DNA from: a virus
Length of the DNA: 64,000 bases
IMG/VR virus record: IMGVR_UViG_3300035137_000026
Span: 1 to 64,000 of that record
Direction: 5' to 3' (one strand)
The notes under the pieces are model-generated. The model made no database searches. It had not been told where the DNA came from and saw only the letters and a program-made list of their open reading frames with translations. Within the stretch, counting starts at the first letter, position 1; every line of letters starts with the position of its first letter. Below, piece by piece: positions 27,172 through 36,688 of this stretch. The translations under genes were made by a program, and so were the position numbers.

Positions 27172-27963
27172 CTAGGTCTCTGCTGGTCCAGCAAGTGGGT
27201 TTCCTGTAGCAACAGCTTCTTTCTGGTTGATTATGTTGATGCCTTGTCGGATTGTTTCCTTATCGTCTCCATTCAGAGTAAGGGACTCCTTTATCTTCTG
27301 GCGGGCTAGGTCCCATTCTTCTGTATCACATGCAGCCTGAGCTTCGTTCATGGCCTTAACGGCGATACCTTTGTTCTTGAACTTCTTCTGGAGGCTGCCG
27401 AACATCACATTAAGTACACGCTGAGGAACTTCCGGGGCTAGCAGAAGAATCCGGGACTTAATAATATTCTCTACGGCCTCCTTCACCATGTTTTGTGCGG
27501 ACTCCCACATCATGGTTGGGACGGGTATTGTGGCTGTCCACTTGGTCATATCTCGTAGTCTGAGGCCTATAAGGCCTGCCGCTATGTAATTGTCCCATTT
27601 ATCAGTGGGGGCCTTAATAGCGTAGCAGGACCGACACATGTAGAAGCCTTCTGGGGCTCCATCTTGTTTGTCCAGCTTCATGATGGCATAGGCGATGTCG
27701 AACCCGTCGTCAAGTCTGAGCTTGCCGCTGAGGATGTTGGCCCGGTTCTTTTTATAGAATAGGGCTCCCTCATCGATCAGCTTGCGGAATGCCTGGCGTT
27801 TCTTATGGCGTTCCTTGCGTTTCTGCTTGCAAATGGCTGCCTGTGTGTCCTGCTTGGCCTTACGGGCTTTGTACTTCGCTGTGCTGGCGAGGATTCTCGC
27901 TTTGACCTCTTCCAGCTTGTCCTCCGGCACCCCCGCCGGAACTACTACGTCTTGCTCTGACAT
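27172..27963 (-). CDS. hypothetical protein
   Basis: ORF track; GC-rich 5' part. Confidence 0.65.
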   Translation of the reverse strand: MSEQDVVVPAGVPEDKLEEVKARILASTAKYKARKAKQDTQAAICKQKRKERHKKRQAFRKLIDEGALFYKKNRANILSGKLRLDDGFDIAYAIMKLDKQDGAPEGFYMCRSCYAIKAPTDKWDNYIAAGLIGLRLRDMTKWTATIPVPTMMWESAQNMVKEAVENIIKSRILLLAPEVPQRVLNVMFGSLQKKFKNKGIAVKAMNEAQAACDTEEWDLARQKIKESLTLNGDDKETIRQGINIINQKEAVATGNPLAGPAET

Positions 27964-27978
27964 GATGTCCTCTGTTAG

Positions 27979-28245
27979 TTAGCTAAGGATTCCCTGCATG
28001 GTTGCCTTGGCAATCCAGTCTCCGTACTCCTCAAGAAGCATTTCATATAGCTTCTCGTCGCTGATGTTGTTGATGTTCTTGATTTGGATGAAGCTGGCGT
28101 TGTCTACTTGATGTCTGGGCATATCATCCAGCTTCTCCAGGAAGCTCATTTGAGCAGAACCAACACCTACAAACTTCCAGAGGATGTTGTATTCTGCTGC
28201 CTGTGTGATGGCTCTTTCGGCCTCGGGCTTGTCGAAGTTATCACC
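27979..28245 (-). pseudogene. C-terminal fragment of a TerF-type vWA protein
   Basis: ILWKFVGVG...FLEKLDD...VDNASF...DEKLYEMLLEEY.DW; no start codon. Confidence 0.55.
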
Positions 28246-28274
28246 GTTAACTTGATGAGTTTATTGGGGTCCAT

Positions 28275-28394
28275 TCAGTCAATCTCCTGTGGATTGACGA
28301 TTGGTTGCTCTGCAACATAACGGGTGCCAGCCCCTAGAATTGAACCAAGGCCTCTCCGGTATACGTGGATAGCCGTTACTATCTTCGGCCTGAC
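28275..28394 (-). ncRNA. possible YrlA-like Y RNA with T arm
   Basis: TCAGGCCGA...CGGCTATC; CCTTGG-TTCAATT-CTAGG; 3' TTGACTGA. Confidence 0.4.
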
Positions 28395-28450
28395 GGCAAG
28401 TTGCTGGGTAACGATGTTTTAGTGTGCTGTCATTACACTAAGCTGGTAGA

Positions 28451-28553
28451 GACCATGGCAAGTTTTGAGGTTGGAGTCACACGTTTTTGGCACGTGCAGC
28501 CGTCTTTTGTTCAAAATACAAATGATAACCCAACTACTCTTCGGCCATTGGTC
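28451..28553 (-). ncRNA. Y RNA (Y5)
   Basis: GACCAATGGCCGA..GGGTTATC ... AACTTGCCATGGTC. Confidence 0.8.
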
Positions 28554-28560
28554 ATAAATT

Positions 28561-28638
28561 ATCGGGATAAGTTATCCTACAAGGGACATGGTTTCAAACT
28601 TCAAGTTTGATGATAACCCTCGTAGGTTCGACCCCGAT
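28561..28638 (-). ncRNA. Y RNA (Y4)
   Basis: ATCGGGGTCGA..GGGTTATC ... CCCTTGTAGG..AACTTATCCCGAT. Confidence 0.8.
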
Positions 28639-28644
28639 GAATTT

Positions 28645-28872
28645 TTATTTCTTGCTTTCTCCTGCGACGATTTCGCTTACCTTGGAGACTGTTGCTGCAT
28701 CAGTCTATGTTCTGAGGGCACTCTGTGCCATCTTAGAGACCTTCTGGTTCGCAGCCTGCACAAACTTCTCTGCCTGTTCGAGGCGGGCTCTTAGGTTGTG
28801 CATCTGGTCCTTGAGGCTCTTAATCTTAGTGTCCTGGATGGATACCTCTGCCTTGTAGGACTTCTTATCCAT
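28645..28872 (-). pseudogene. coiled-coil ORF with in-frame TAG (28705-07)
   Basis: MDKKS...ALRT*TDAATVSKVSEIV. Confidence 0.45.
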
Positions 28873-29029
28873 AGCTTTGCCAATGTTAGTACTCTGCTAT
28901 GCCTTCTCCTTGGCTATAGTCACTGTGTTGTGGATTCTTATAGGGACACCCGATCTTACAACGGTAACCTTTAGCTATTGGCCTAGCGGCAAGTTGGACC
29001 AAAGGCATTAATCCTACGGTCCCAGATTG

Positions 29030-29304
29030 TTATTGGACAAGTTATTAAACAAAGGGTATTTCAGCATCTATAATTCTTTGATGCCTAGTCCTGATTCATC
29101 TCGGATACCTATGAGCTGTCAGAACATACTCTATAGGTCCCAGCCACTATAAATTTTCTACGAAGACTGTCCTGTGACCTGATAGTCTCCTCACCAGTTT
29201 GGTACAAACTTCGAACAGTTGCAGTTGATATTTTGTGGCGCTGGCGGACCACCGACCCGTTATCATCAGTAATGTAAGATAACCCTTCCTCGTCGGCCCA
29301 ACAA
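29030..29304 (-). ncRNA. long Y RNA (Y3, about 275 nt)
   Basis: TTGTTGGGCCGA..GGGTTATC ... ACCCTT..AACTTGTCCAATAA. Confidence 0.7.
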
Positions 29305-29311
29305 ATTTGAA

Positions 29312-29380
29312 TTGCAGACAAGTTAACTCTCGCCAGGGGGAAATCTTAAAAGGATAACCCTAGCAGATTTCGGCCTGCAA
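29312..29380 (-). ncRNA. Y RNA (Y2)
   Basis: TTGCAGGCCGA..GCTAGGGTTATC ... CCCTGGC..AACTTGTCTGCAA. Confidence 0.82.
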
Positions 29381-29389
29381 ATATTTTAA

Positions 29390-29485
29390 CCCAGACAAGT
29401 TATGGATGTGGAAGATGTTAGGGGCGGCTACTAACCGCTTCCCAGCATAGATGATAGCTGATAATCCACTTTCCTTCGGCCTGGA
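29390..29485 (-). ncRNA. Y RNA (Y1)
   Basis: TCCAGGCCGAAGGAAAGTGGATTATC ... AACTTGTCTGGG. Confidence 0.82.
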
Positions 29486-29554
29486 TTTTTTCTTACTAAG
29501 TTATCAAAGAGCCTTTAACTTCTAACTCAGACTTGTTAGCTTGTCAATGACTAG

Positions 29555-31195
29555 CTAGATACGAGCACTAACAAAATCGCTGATGATGTTAGGTGTCGCC
29601 GAGTCAAAGCCTGCGATGTCCATTGAGTTTGCATCCTGAGGATCACAAACTGTGTAGTGTGTTGCTGTGGTTGCACAAACAACCAGCTTGGAGTCAATTC
29701 CTATCTTCTGACGGTACTGCTCCAATGCCACACACGGATGGACACGGCCACTATGGGTATCGTTGTCTGTGTAGATTACGAACCCATCGGCCTGGATCTT
29801 ATTCTTCATGGCCCAAAGCATCGGCATGGCACAATTTGTACCACCCCAACCGGTGCTGTTAGCCTTATGCATGGCCTGCTTTAAGGTATCCTTCCGACTG
29901 ATTTTCAGGTCCTTGAACTGGTGCGTGAAGCCCATTGTGTAGCAGTCATGCTTCTCGGTACGTGCTGTTACCATAGACATTGCACATGCAACCATGCGTG
30001 GGGTTAGGCCACTGATGCCCATCACACCGCCACCTAGGCTGCTTCCCATAGATGGTGATACGTCTAGACCGAGAATCATTCTCTTGCCTGTTGGTTCTAC
30101 GTTCCCGAAGGATGTGTAGAATGCATCGTCTAGGGCATCTAGAATGGAGCGTACTGGTTTCCAGCTTAGACTGCCTCTAAGGCCATGACCCTCTTCATAT
30201 TGCTTGAGAGCAATGAGTACCGAGATTGGGTGGATTCTGGAATGCTGGATTGCCTCCTCATTCCCGAGCTTTTGGCAGACCATGCGGGCAGCTGAGCTGT
30301 TCTGCTTAAGCAGCCCAATGCTAGTCATCTTACCCAAGTTCCGCACCATAGCCATTATTGGCATACCCTCGAGCATAGCTTCCCAGACATTTGCACTGTT
30401 CAGCATCTTAGTTGGTACAACCTCACGTGGTAGGTTGTTAGCCTTGATTAGCTCAATGGCTTTCTTCTCACTAGCATTCTTGATTGCATTGCATGCCTTC
30501 AGGAATGGCGGGAGGATAAGTCCCTTATACTTATGGTTCCTGTCAGCTACGTTGCCTTCCTTGTCGGGGCGTACATCACCACAAACCCATTCGTAGATGG
30601 CCTCATGCTTAGCTGATTCTGGAACTACGTGAGCCTTGCGGAGAGCATCTCTTGCGCTCCAGCCTTCACGCTGCTTGTACTTTGCAACCTGGTAAGCTAG
30701 CTTCTCGGCTGGCTTCTTGTTAAACCAGTTTGCCACGGCGTTACGCATGTTTGTACCCCAACCACCACCTAGACTCTTACGGAACTCTAGGAACTGGTAG
30801 AGGTGCGTACCAATGCGGCACACCTTATGCAAGTTGGCGAATGCAGCCTTCCTGGTCTTCAGGTCTGGGCTGCAGCTTGCCATTGCTAGTACGTATACTG
30901 CCTGGTCATTCTTAGGAGCCCGACCATTGGTGGAGATCTCTACGACCTCATTGACCACTCTGACTCCGTCTTCTTTGAGGCAAGCCTCGACGTTTGTCAG
31001 GTTCTTTGTGGTAAGCTTACGCTCATTCACGTAGTAGGTCCCGCCTTCGGAACCTAGGATCAGGAACCTACGAAGCCTGTTCCACCTGTCTACTGAGAAG
31101 ACGTAGGCACCTTCAGAGTTTTTGATCTGACTGTCTCTCAGCTTTTCATGCTGGGGGACTCTCGTTTTGTCTGTCGCTCTCTTAAGGTAACTCAT
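29555..31195 (-). CDS. rsr: Ro60/TROVE RNA-binding protein with vWA domain
   Basis: RLRRFLILGSEGGTYY, RIGTHLYQF, KYKQREGWS.RD.LR..H, DVSPSM MIDAS, GGTNCA, YTDNDT. Confidence 0.95.
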   Translation of the reverse strand: MSYLKRATDKTRVPQHEKLRDSQIKNSEGAYVFSVDRWNRLRRFLILGSEGGTYYVNERKLTTKNLTNVEACLKEDGVRVVNEVVEISTNGRAPKNDQAVYVLAMASCSPDLKTRKAAFANLHKVCRIGTHLYQFLEFRKSLGGGWGTNMRNAVANWFNKKPAEKLAYQVAKYKQREGWSARDALRKAHVVPESAKHEAIYEWVCGDVRPDKEGNVADRNHKYKGLILPPFLKACNAIKNASEKKAIELIKANNLPREVVPTKMLNSANVWEAMLEGMPIMAMVRNLGKMTSIGLLKQNSSAARMVCQKLGNEEAIQHSRIHPISVLIALKQYEEGHGLRGSLSWKPVRSILDALDDAFYTSFGNVEPTGKRMILGLDVSPSMGSSLGGGVMGISGLTPRMVACAMSMVTARTEKHDCYTMGFTHQFKDLKISRKDTLKQAMHKANSTGWGGTNCAMPMLWAMKNKIQADGFVIYTDNDTHSGRVHPCVALEQYRQKIGIDSKLVVCATTATHYTVCDPQDANSMDIAGFDSATPNIISDFVSARI

Positions 31196-31387
31196 TGCTC
31201 TTACTCCTTGCTCGGCCCGATTAAGGCAAACTAGCTTTTCTGCTATCTCTATTATGGCCTAGATGAAAACCGTTACAGAACAAGCACTTATAGCTACTAT
31301 AATAATAGCCGGTCTTCTCCTGCATTTTTGCAGCCGATCTCTTAGCTGTCTTCTTGCTACCGTAGGCAACCTTCGGTTTACCATTTG

Positions 31388-31469
31388 AGCACCCGGTGGG
31401 ACTCGAACCCACGAAGCCTTTCGGCGAGGGATTAAAAGTCCCTTGATCTTGCCGCTGATCGACGGGTGC
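31388..31469 (-). tRNA. tRNA-Lys(TTT) with long variable arm
   Basis: AGGGA-CTTTTAA-TCCCT; variable arm GCC-GAAA-GGC. Confidence 0.9.
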
Positions 31470-31688
31470 TAGTTACCTAGCTTGTAATCCGCCCTATTTC
31501 TTGTATTTGGAGCCTAGTAATGTCAGAATGACATCGTGTGCTTGGTTGGTATTGAAACCATGCAGGCAGAGTTCACGCCGAAGACTCCCTAGCATTCGAG
31601 CATAGAACTCAATGCCTGTCTCACAGACATGGAGTACTTTCTCGATCAATGCTAGCTTCAAGAGTTCCATGGTATTCTCCTTCTTGTT

Positions 31689-31886
31689 TTAGTCCATTTG
31701 GACCAAAATCTCCTGCGCAATTGGATGTGTACCATGGAATGAGTTGGTATTGCAAGCTAAAATTTCACTTTTACACTCAGGGCACTCGAATTTATCCCCT
31801 GCATAACAGTGGCTTTCTCCCCAGCGGGCTATCATGCCAGTCTTCTTACAGACCATCTCCTGTTTACATTTCACGCAAATATACAA
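31689..31886 (-). CDS. small Zn-finger protein
   Basis: CVKC...CPEC. Confidence 0.55.
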   Translation of the reverse strand: MYICVKCKQEMVCKKTGMIARWGESHCYAGDKFECPECKSEILACNTNSFHGTHPIAQEILVQMD

Positions 31887-32181
31887 CTTAGGACCTCCTA
31901 CTACTATAGCACAGAAGTACTATTAGAGAAATCACAGAAAATTTTTAGGGGAATTAGTGACTAGGAAGGACCTACTCGTAGGGGATTTGGCCGGCGATGG
32001 CGGCAATCAGGTTATCGGTCTTGCTGTTAATACCACCGTCTAGTCTGTCTGGAGTAGGCTCTGCTTGTATAGTCCTTTTACTACGCAAACCAGACCTTTG
32101 GTCTTGTCTTTGTGGAATGTGGATTCATTCGGAGCTAGAGCTAATTCAGCCTTTCGTGCATGCTCATTCATAATCTTCTCC

Positions 32182-32424
32182 TTATCTTTCTTTGGTTCTC
32201 CAGGCCTCCCACCTAGATTGAGCTTGGTCTGACTCGTAGCCAGATGGTTCGTTGTTCATTCTTGCTTCATATCTATCTGTCTCTGCTTCTCCTCGGGCGT
32301 CCAGCATCTCATCTAGCTCATCATCGTCTAGCTCTTCGCACTGGCAGCCCTCGCAGAGGTGGTAGCTATCTCCACACCTGCTACAGGTTCCTCTGGCGTC
32401 TGCTGGGTGGGGTTCTCTGAACAT
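32182..32424 (-). CDS. hypothetical protein
   Basis: ORF track; CSRC...CEGC. Confidence 0.5.
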   Translation of the reverse strand: MFREPHPADARGTCSRCGDSYHLCEGCQCEELDDDELDEMLDARGEAETDRYEARMNNEPSGYESDQAQSRWEAWRTKER

Positions 32425-32449
32425 TTCTTCTTCTTCGGGCGAATATCCT

Positions 32450-32671
32450 CTATGTGGCTACTGGTAGCAAGGTCTCATTGTCCTTACCTCCAAAGAGTCT
32501 CTTCCATATGCAAGTAAGGAGTGACTTCTTACGGAGGATTGGTTGCTTGGTGGCTATTAGTCTATCAGTAGCGGCATGATCTGTTGTCCCCTAGTCGGCT
32601 AGGTGCTCAATCATCCTATGAGCACTTTTGGTGCAGGTCTCATCCATCTGTTGGTCTGTTAATGTATACAT
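32450..32671 (-). pseudogene. small ORF with in-frame TAG (32591-93)
   Basis: RBS and ATG; frame open on both sides of the TAG. Confidence 0.4.
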
Positions 32672-32685
32672 ATAGTATCTCCTTG

Positions 32686-32731
32686 AGTCGGCGGCCGGAA
32701 TTGAACCGGAATCTCAGAATTATTGTATTCT
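32686..32731 (-). pseudogene. tRNA 3'-half remnant (Thr-like)
   Basis: CCGG-TTCAATT-CCGG-CCGCCGAC-T followed by CAAGGAG, as after the Thr tRNA at 706. Confidence 0.45.
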
Positions 32732-32899
32732 TGTGCTGCCAAAGATAGATCGGTGTAGTAATTCTAGTGGCCAAGTCCACCATGGGACATAGAGTTCGGT
32801 AATATAATTATTTGCCTTAGCTCTAAGCCACCACTTACATAAAATCTTTGGTCATCCTTTGCCTATAATATAGTTGTTACCCATTTATTATCCTTCTAG

Positions 32900-32972
32900 A
32901 GTCTGTGACTGGATTTGAACCAGTGTCCATCTTGATTTGCAATCAAGTGCCTTGCCGCTCGGCCACACAGAC
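32900..32972 (-). tRNA. tRNA-Cys(GCA)
   Basis: CTTGA-TTGCAAA-TCAAG, U73. Confidence 0.93.
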
Positions 32973-33416
32973 TTGATATCTATGTGTATTTTGCTCTTTG
33001 GCAGTTACTTTCCTGTGACAGTTTGCACATAGGCAGATGCATTTGTTTATCTCTTTCTCGATTATATACCACGATTTTCGGCTGCTAATTATTTCACTAA
33101 TATTCCCCACTTTAGTGTTAGGGTCTATATGGTGAAAGTCTAGAACTAATGGATTAGTTTCTCCGCATTGAGCGCAAGGATTATGTTTAAAGAGCTGTAG
33201 TAGTTGTCGTTGTACATATAGAAGGTATTTGTGTCTGTTAGATTTAGCTCTCTTAATATACTTTGTACGATTCTTTTCGTAGTGTTGTTTGTAGGTCTTC
33301 TTGCGTAATTGCTTATAGCAGTTCTTACAGTATGAGCTACGTCTAATACCCTTTTGTTTCCAGAAAAACTCAGTTTCTGGTTTTACTTGATTGCATTTTG
33401 TACACTGTTTGTCCAT
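32943..33416 (-). CDS. HNH homing endonuclease
   Basis: CTKC...CKNC, CAQCGE, LDFHHID, CLCANCHR; stop lies inside tRNA-Cys. Confidence 0.9.
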   Translation of the reverse strand: MDKQCTKCNQVKPETEFFWKQKGIRRSSYCKNCYKQLRKKTYKQHYEKNRTKYIKRAKSNRHKYLLYVQRQLLQLFKHNPCAQCGETNPLVLDFHHIDPNTKVGNISEIISSRKSWYIIEKEINKCICLCANCHRKVTAKEQNTHRYQVCVAERQGT

Positions 33417-33472
33417 ATGCTAATTTTAGCGATATGGACTGCAAATAGCAAATCAGTTTTGGATCTGCTCAG

Positions 33473-34033
33473 CTATGCCGACGGGTAAAGTTTGTGTTCT
33501 AGAATATATTTGAATACCTCGGGAGCCAGTAGTCTACTTATTTGTTCAATGGTAAGTGCGCTGTTTATTAGCTGTCGGACCTCCGTTGAACTGGCATCAT
33601 GCTGGTGCTGAATTATTTCTCCTGGTGGGTCTTCCACTCCTGGCCGGGTAACCCAAATTGGTGGAGCTAAACTAAGTACTTCCTCTGAAGTTTTCCAATC
33701 CTTCATTTTCCAATAGTTATCAGCTCCTAGTATAAGATTGAACTCCTTGCCCTGGTTGCCAGCCTTGAGGTACTTTAAGATTTCTACTGAGTAGGTGGAC
33801 TTGATTTCAGCTTCAGCTGTGGAGACGAGCATTTGTGGGTTCTCTTTGATCATTAAATAGCACATGGCTGCACGGTGATGGAATGAGGTGGGTTCTTTAC
33901 CGAAGGCATGTTTCCAGCATGGAAGGAACCAAACTGCATCGACAAGCTTTCGGCCAAGGACTGCTTCTGCAATCGCATAGTGTCCTAGATGTGGAGGATC
34001 GAAGGTTCCGCCGAGAATTCCTACCTTTGTCAT
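33473..34033 (-). CDS. nadD: nicotinate-nucleotide adenylyltransferase
   Basis: GGTFDPPHLGH, ILGADN, SSTEVR. Confidence 0.92.
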   Translation of the reverse strand: MTKVGILGGTFDPPHLGHYAIAEAVLGRKLVDAVWFLPCWKHAFGKEPTSFHHRAAMCYLMIKENPQMLVSTAEAEIKSTYSVEILKYLKAGNQGKEFNLILGADNYWKMKDWKTSEEVLSLAPPIWVTRPGVEDPPGEIIQHQHDASSTEVRQLINSALTIEQISRLLAPEVFKYILEHKLYPSA

Positions 34034-34046
34034 CGATTACTCCTTA

Positions 34047-34817
34047 TTATACCCTTAAGTAGTGAGGGATGCCAAGGTTCTTATGTCTATTGGCTGTGAT
34101 TAGCTTCTCGATGTATATGCGTGTTTTGGAATTATCGGTTGAGCCGCTTTCTATTACCTTGAGCCACCTATCAATCTCGTCGTATGTTATTCCGAGTTCG
34201 TTCTCGTCTGTTTGTCCAAGCCAGAGGCCTGCTGAGGGAGCCTTCTCTATTACGAATTGTGGTAGCTCAAGGATTTTAGCCATCTCGAAGACTTCTGTCT
34301 TATAGAATCCCATGATGGGCTCTATGTCACAGCCACCATCTCCAAACTTGGTGGCATATCCTAGCAAGGCCTCTGTCTTGTTGGTCGTGCCGGCTACGAG
34401 TCCATTGCATTGCCCGGCTGCTGCGTATAGAGTTAGCATGCGGAATCTTGCTTTGGTGTTTGCAGGCATTAGAGCATTTAGGTCTTCAAGTGCTCCTATA
34501 GCGTGACCGAGGCAGGCAATATCTTCTCGATAATCAGCCCACCAAGAGTTGAAGGTATTTTCGAGATCCATGGTAAAGGTCCGGATGCCTAGGCAGCTTC
34601 CAATGCTTTCTGCATCTATGGCATCTTGTAACTGGGAGTAACACGGCATAATAAGGCCAATGACATTGAGTGGCCCTAGCGCCTCTGCGCAGATTCTTGC
34701 TGTCAGGGCTGAATCAATGCCACCAGAGAGGCCGACGACGGCTTTAGTCATTCCTGCTGTTAGGAAGTATTTCTTTGTCCACTGGACTACTTTCTGTATT
34801 TCTTTTCTTAAGCTCAT
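34047..34817 (-). CDS. nadE: NH3-dependent NAD+ synthetase
   Basis: VGLSGGIDSA, NTKARFRM, GTTNKTE..LGY.TKFGDG, PSAGLW.GQTDE.ELG. Confidence 0.95.
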   Translation of the reverse strand: MSLRKEIQKVVQWTKKYFLTAGMTKAVVGLSGGIDSALTARICAEALGPLNVIGLIMPCYSQLQDAIDAESIGSCLGIRTFTMDLENTFNSWWADYREDIACLGHAIGALEDLNALMPANTKARFRMLTLYAAAGQCNGLVAGTTNKTEALLGYATKFGDGGCDIEPIMGFYKTEVFEMAKILELPQFVIEKAPSAGLWLGQTDENELGITYDEIDRWLKVIESGSTDNSKTRIYIEKLITANRHKNLGIPHYLRV

Positions 34818-35076
34818 TCTTCATTTCGCTTTCTACGCTATTGAAAGCGTCCTTAATTGTGGTCTCTACGGTTCCAGCCATTGAGTCTAGGATAAAGTTC
34901 CAGTTATGGACAAAGACTGGATCAGAGTCATTCTCTACTGGTAGTCTGTTTCCTTTGAGTTGAGTGCAGACGAGCTGCATGCCGTCAAATAGGCCTTGAA
35001 GATACAGAGCGATCTGGTCGTGACTGAAACCTTGGCCTGACAGCTTCCTTAGGAGATTCGCAATGATTTCTTGCAT
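34744..35076 (-). CDS. hypothetical protein
   Basis: ORF track. Confidence 0.5.
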   Translation of the reverse strand: MQEIIANLLRKLSGQGFSHDQIALYLQGLFDGMQLVCTQLKGNRLPVENDSDPVFVHNWNFILDSMAGTVETTIKDAFNSVESEMKNELKKRNTESSPVDKEILPNSRND

Positions 35077-36245
35077 AGTGCTATCTCTTCTTCTGTGCCA
35101 GTATGCTTGCCTTCAGTATCAGATAGCTTAACAACAGGTAGCCACTTACTCTCTCCATATGGCTTGCAATGGCTCATCTTAATAACCATATTAAGTGGCT
35201 TAACGCCTTTAATGTCATTGGTAAGGTTGGTGCCAATGCCAAATGAGCACTTGATCCCTATGTTATCACATTCTTTCTTGAGTTTTGTGGCTACTAGTGG
35301 GCTCAGACTGTCTGAGAATACAATTGTTTTGGATTCAGGGCTGATTCCTAGCTCTATATAATGGTCTTTGACTCTGTGTGCAAAGGCGAATGGGTCGCCT
35401 GAGTCATGCCGTACACCGTCGAATAGCTTGGCGTACTTGGAGCCAAATACCCTAAAGAATGACCTGCTGGTGAATGTATCAGGTAAGGTAATTCCTAGGT
35501 TTCCGTGATATACGTCAACCCAGTGCTTGAGTGCCATATGGTTTGCTTCTTGGTATCCGTACTTGGCTCCATGAAACATGAACCATTCATGTGCCTGCGT
35601 TCCAATAGGTTTGGTAGCATATTCTTGAGCTAGGTGTAGGTTGCTGGTGCCAACAAAGTTGTCTGGTGCAGTAATGGAGTGAACATGCACAATACCGGCA
35701 TGGTGTTTGGCTGAGAACCTCCTGCGAGTGCCAAAGTCAGCATATGCTATGCCAGCCTTGGTAAGATCTTGTGCCTTCATTGCGGTACGGACCACTGCTT
35801 CTTGGATTGAATCTTCATCTGCTTTGGCTGTCATCCTGAAGTACAGCTCGGAGATGACTGCCATCAGCTTCACTTCCCATAGAATTGTGCGGTACCATGG
35901 ACCTTTGATCATAACCCACAATCTACCATCTGGCATGCAGGTGGCGTTCACATCTTTGTAGTTGTATTGATAACCTCTCAGGAAATCGATGAAAACTGGG
36001 GTTAGGAACGGGCAGGCTACTTGAAGCCAAGCTGCCTCATCATATGTGAGGTGCAAGTCTCCCATCATCTCTATCTCTTCCTTTAGCCGGTTAATAAACC
36101 CTTTTGGGAATTTTGTGTTCCCCCTATTGGTAAAGTTATAAATAGCTTGAGCATGTGGATAGCACTGGCATACAGCTTGGCACATGGTCAGCTTGTAGAG
36201 GTCGTCATCCAGCATGCTTTTAATGATTGGAGTGGCCGAGCCCAT
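35049..36245 (-). CDS. pncB: nicotinate phosphoribosyltransferase
   Basis: DDDLYKLTM, DFGTRRRFS, GTSN, GTQAHEW, GVRHDSGDP, FGIGTNL, VKLSD..GK. Confidence 0.95.
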   Translation of the reverse strand: MGSATPIIKSMLDDDLYKLTMCQAVCQCYPHAQAIYNFTNRGNTKFPKGFINRLKEEIEMMGDLHLTYDEAAWLQVACPFLTPVFIDFLRGYQYNYKDVNATCMPDGRLWVMIKGPWYRTILWEVKLMAVISELYFRMTAKADEDSIQEAVVRTAMKAQDLTKAGIAYADFGTRRRFSAKHHAGIVHVHSITAPDNFVGTSNLHLAQEYATKPIGTQAHEWFMFHGAKYGYQEANHMALKHWVDVYHGNLGITLPDTFTSRSFFRVFGSKYAKLFDGVRHDSGDPFAFAHRVKDHYIELGISPESKTIVFSDSLSPLVATKLKKECDNIGIKCSFGIGTNLTNDIKGVKPLNMVIKMSHCKPYGESKWLPVVKLSDTEGKHTGTEEEIALCKKSLRIS

Positions 36246-36436
36246 TCTTTCCTCCTAGTCGGCGAAGATGTTAAAAGTTGCCTTGCAAATATCGCCGATG
36301 ATTGGTGCTTTGAATGCAGTGCACAGAATAAGGACTACTGCTACAATTCCTATGATCCGCTATATCATGTCTACCTCTTCGTCGTAATCTTATATGTCTT
36401 GTTATCCTTAGTAAATATGAGCTGTGCTCTGTCCGC

Positions 36437-36688
36437 CTAGAGCTGCATGTCGTGGCTAAGGTTCGGGTCTCGGATTTTCTTTATCTCAATGGGATAGATC
36501 TCTGATAAGTCTTGTGAGGCAAGGGCATTCATCTCATTGAGGTCTACTACTAAGATGCCGGCCGTGTGGATATCTATTATGCACTGCTGGAGGCTCTGGG
36601 CTATAGTTAGCACTGTAAGTTTGTTGTGTTGTTTGAAGGCTTTTGAGAACAGTTGGCAGAATACATGAGTGTTCTTAACGTGCCTCAT
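36437..36688 (-). CDS. hypothetical protein
   Basis: ORF track. Confidence 0.45.
   Translation of the reverse strand: MRHVKNTHVFCQLFSKAFKQHNKLTVLTIAQSLQQCIIDIHTAGILVVDLNEMNALASQDLSEIYPIEIKKIRDPNLSHDMQL

Noticed and set aside
28325-28397. Conventional tRNA gene
   Set aside because: Acceptor and anticodon stems do not pair and there is no readable anticodon; better explained as part of the Y array or a remnant.
28900-29025. Extra Y RNA units (AACTTGCC; GGCCAA...AGGTTACC)
   Set aside because: Only half-motifs with no pairing partner; at best decayed copies.
31205-31222. GGGCCGA just upstream of the Ro60 RBS as an autoregulatory Ro site
   Set aside because: No complementary CTTG strand nearby to form the bulged helix.
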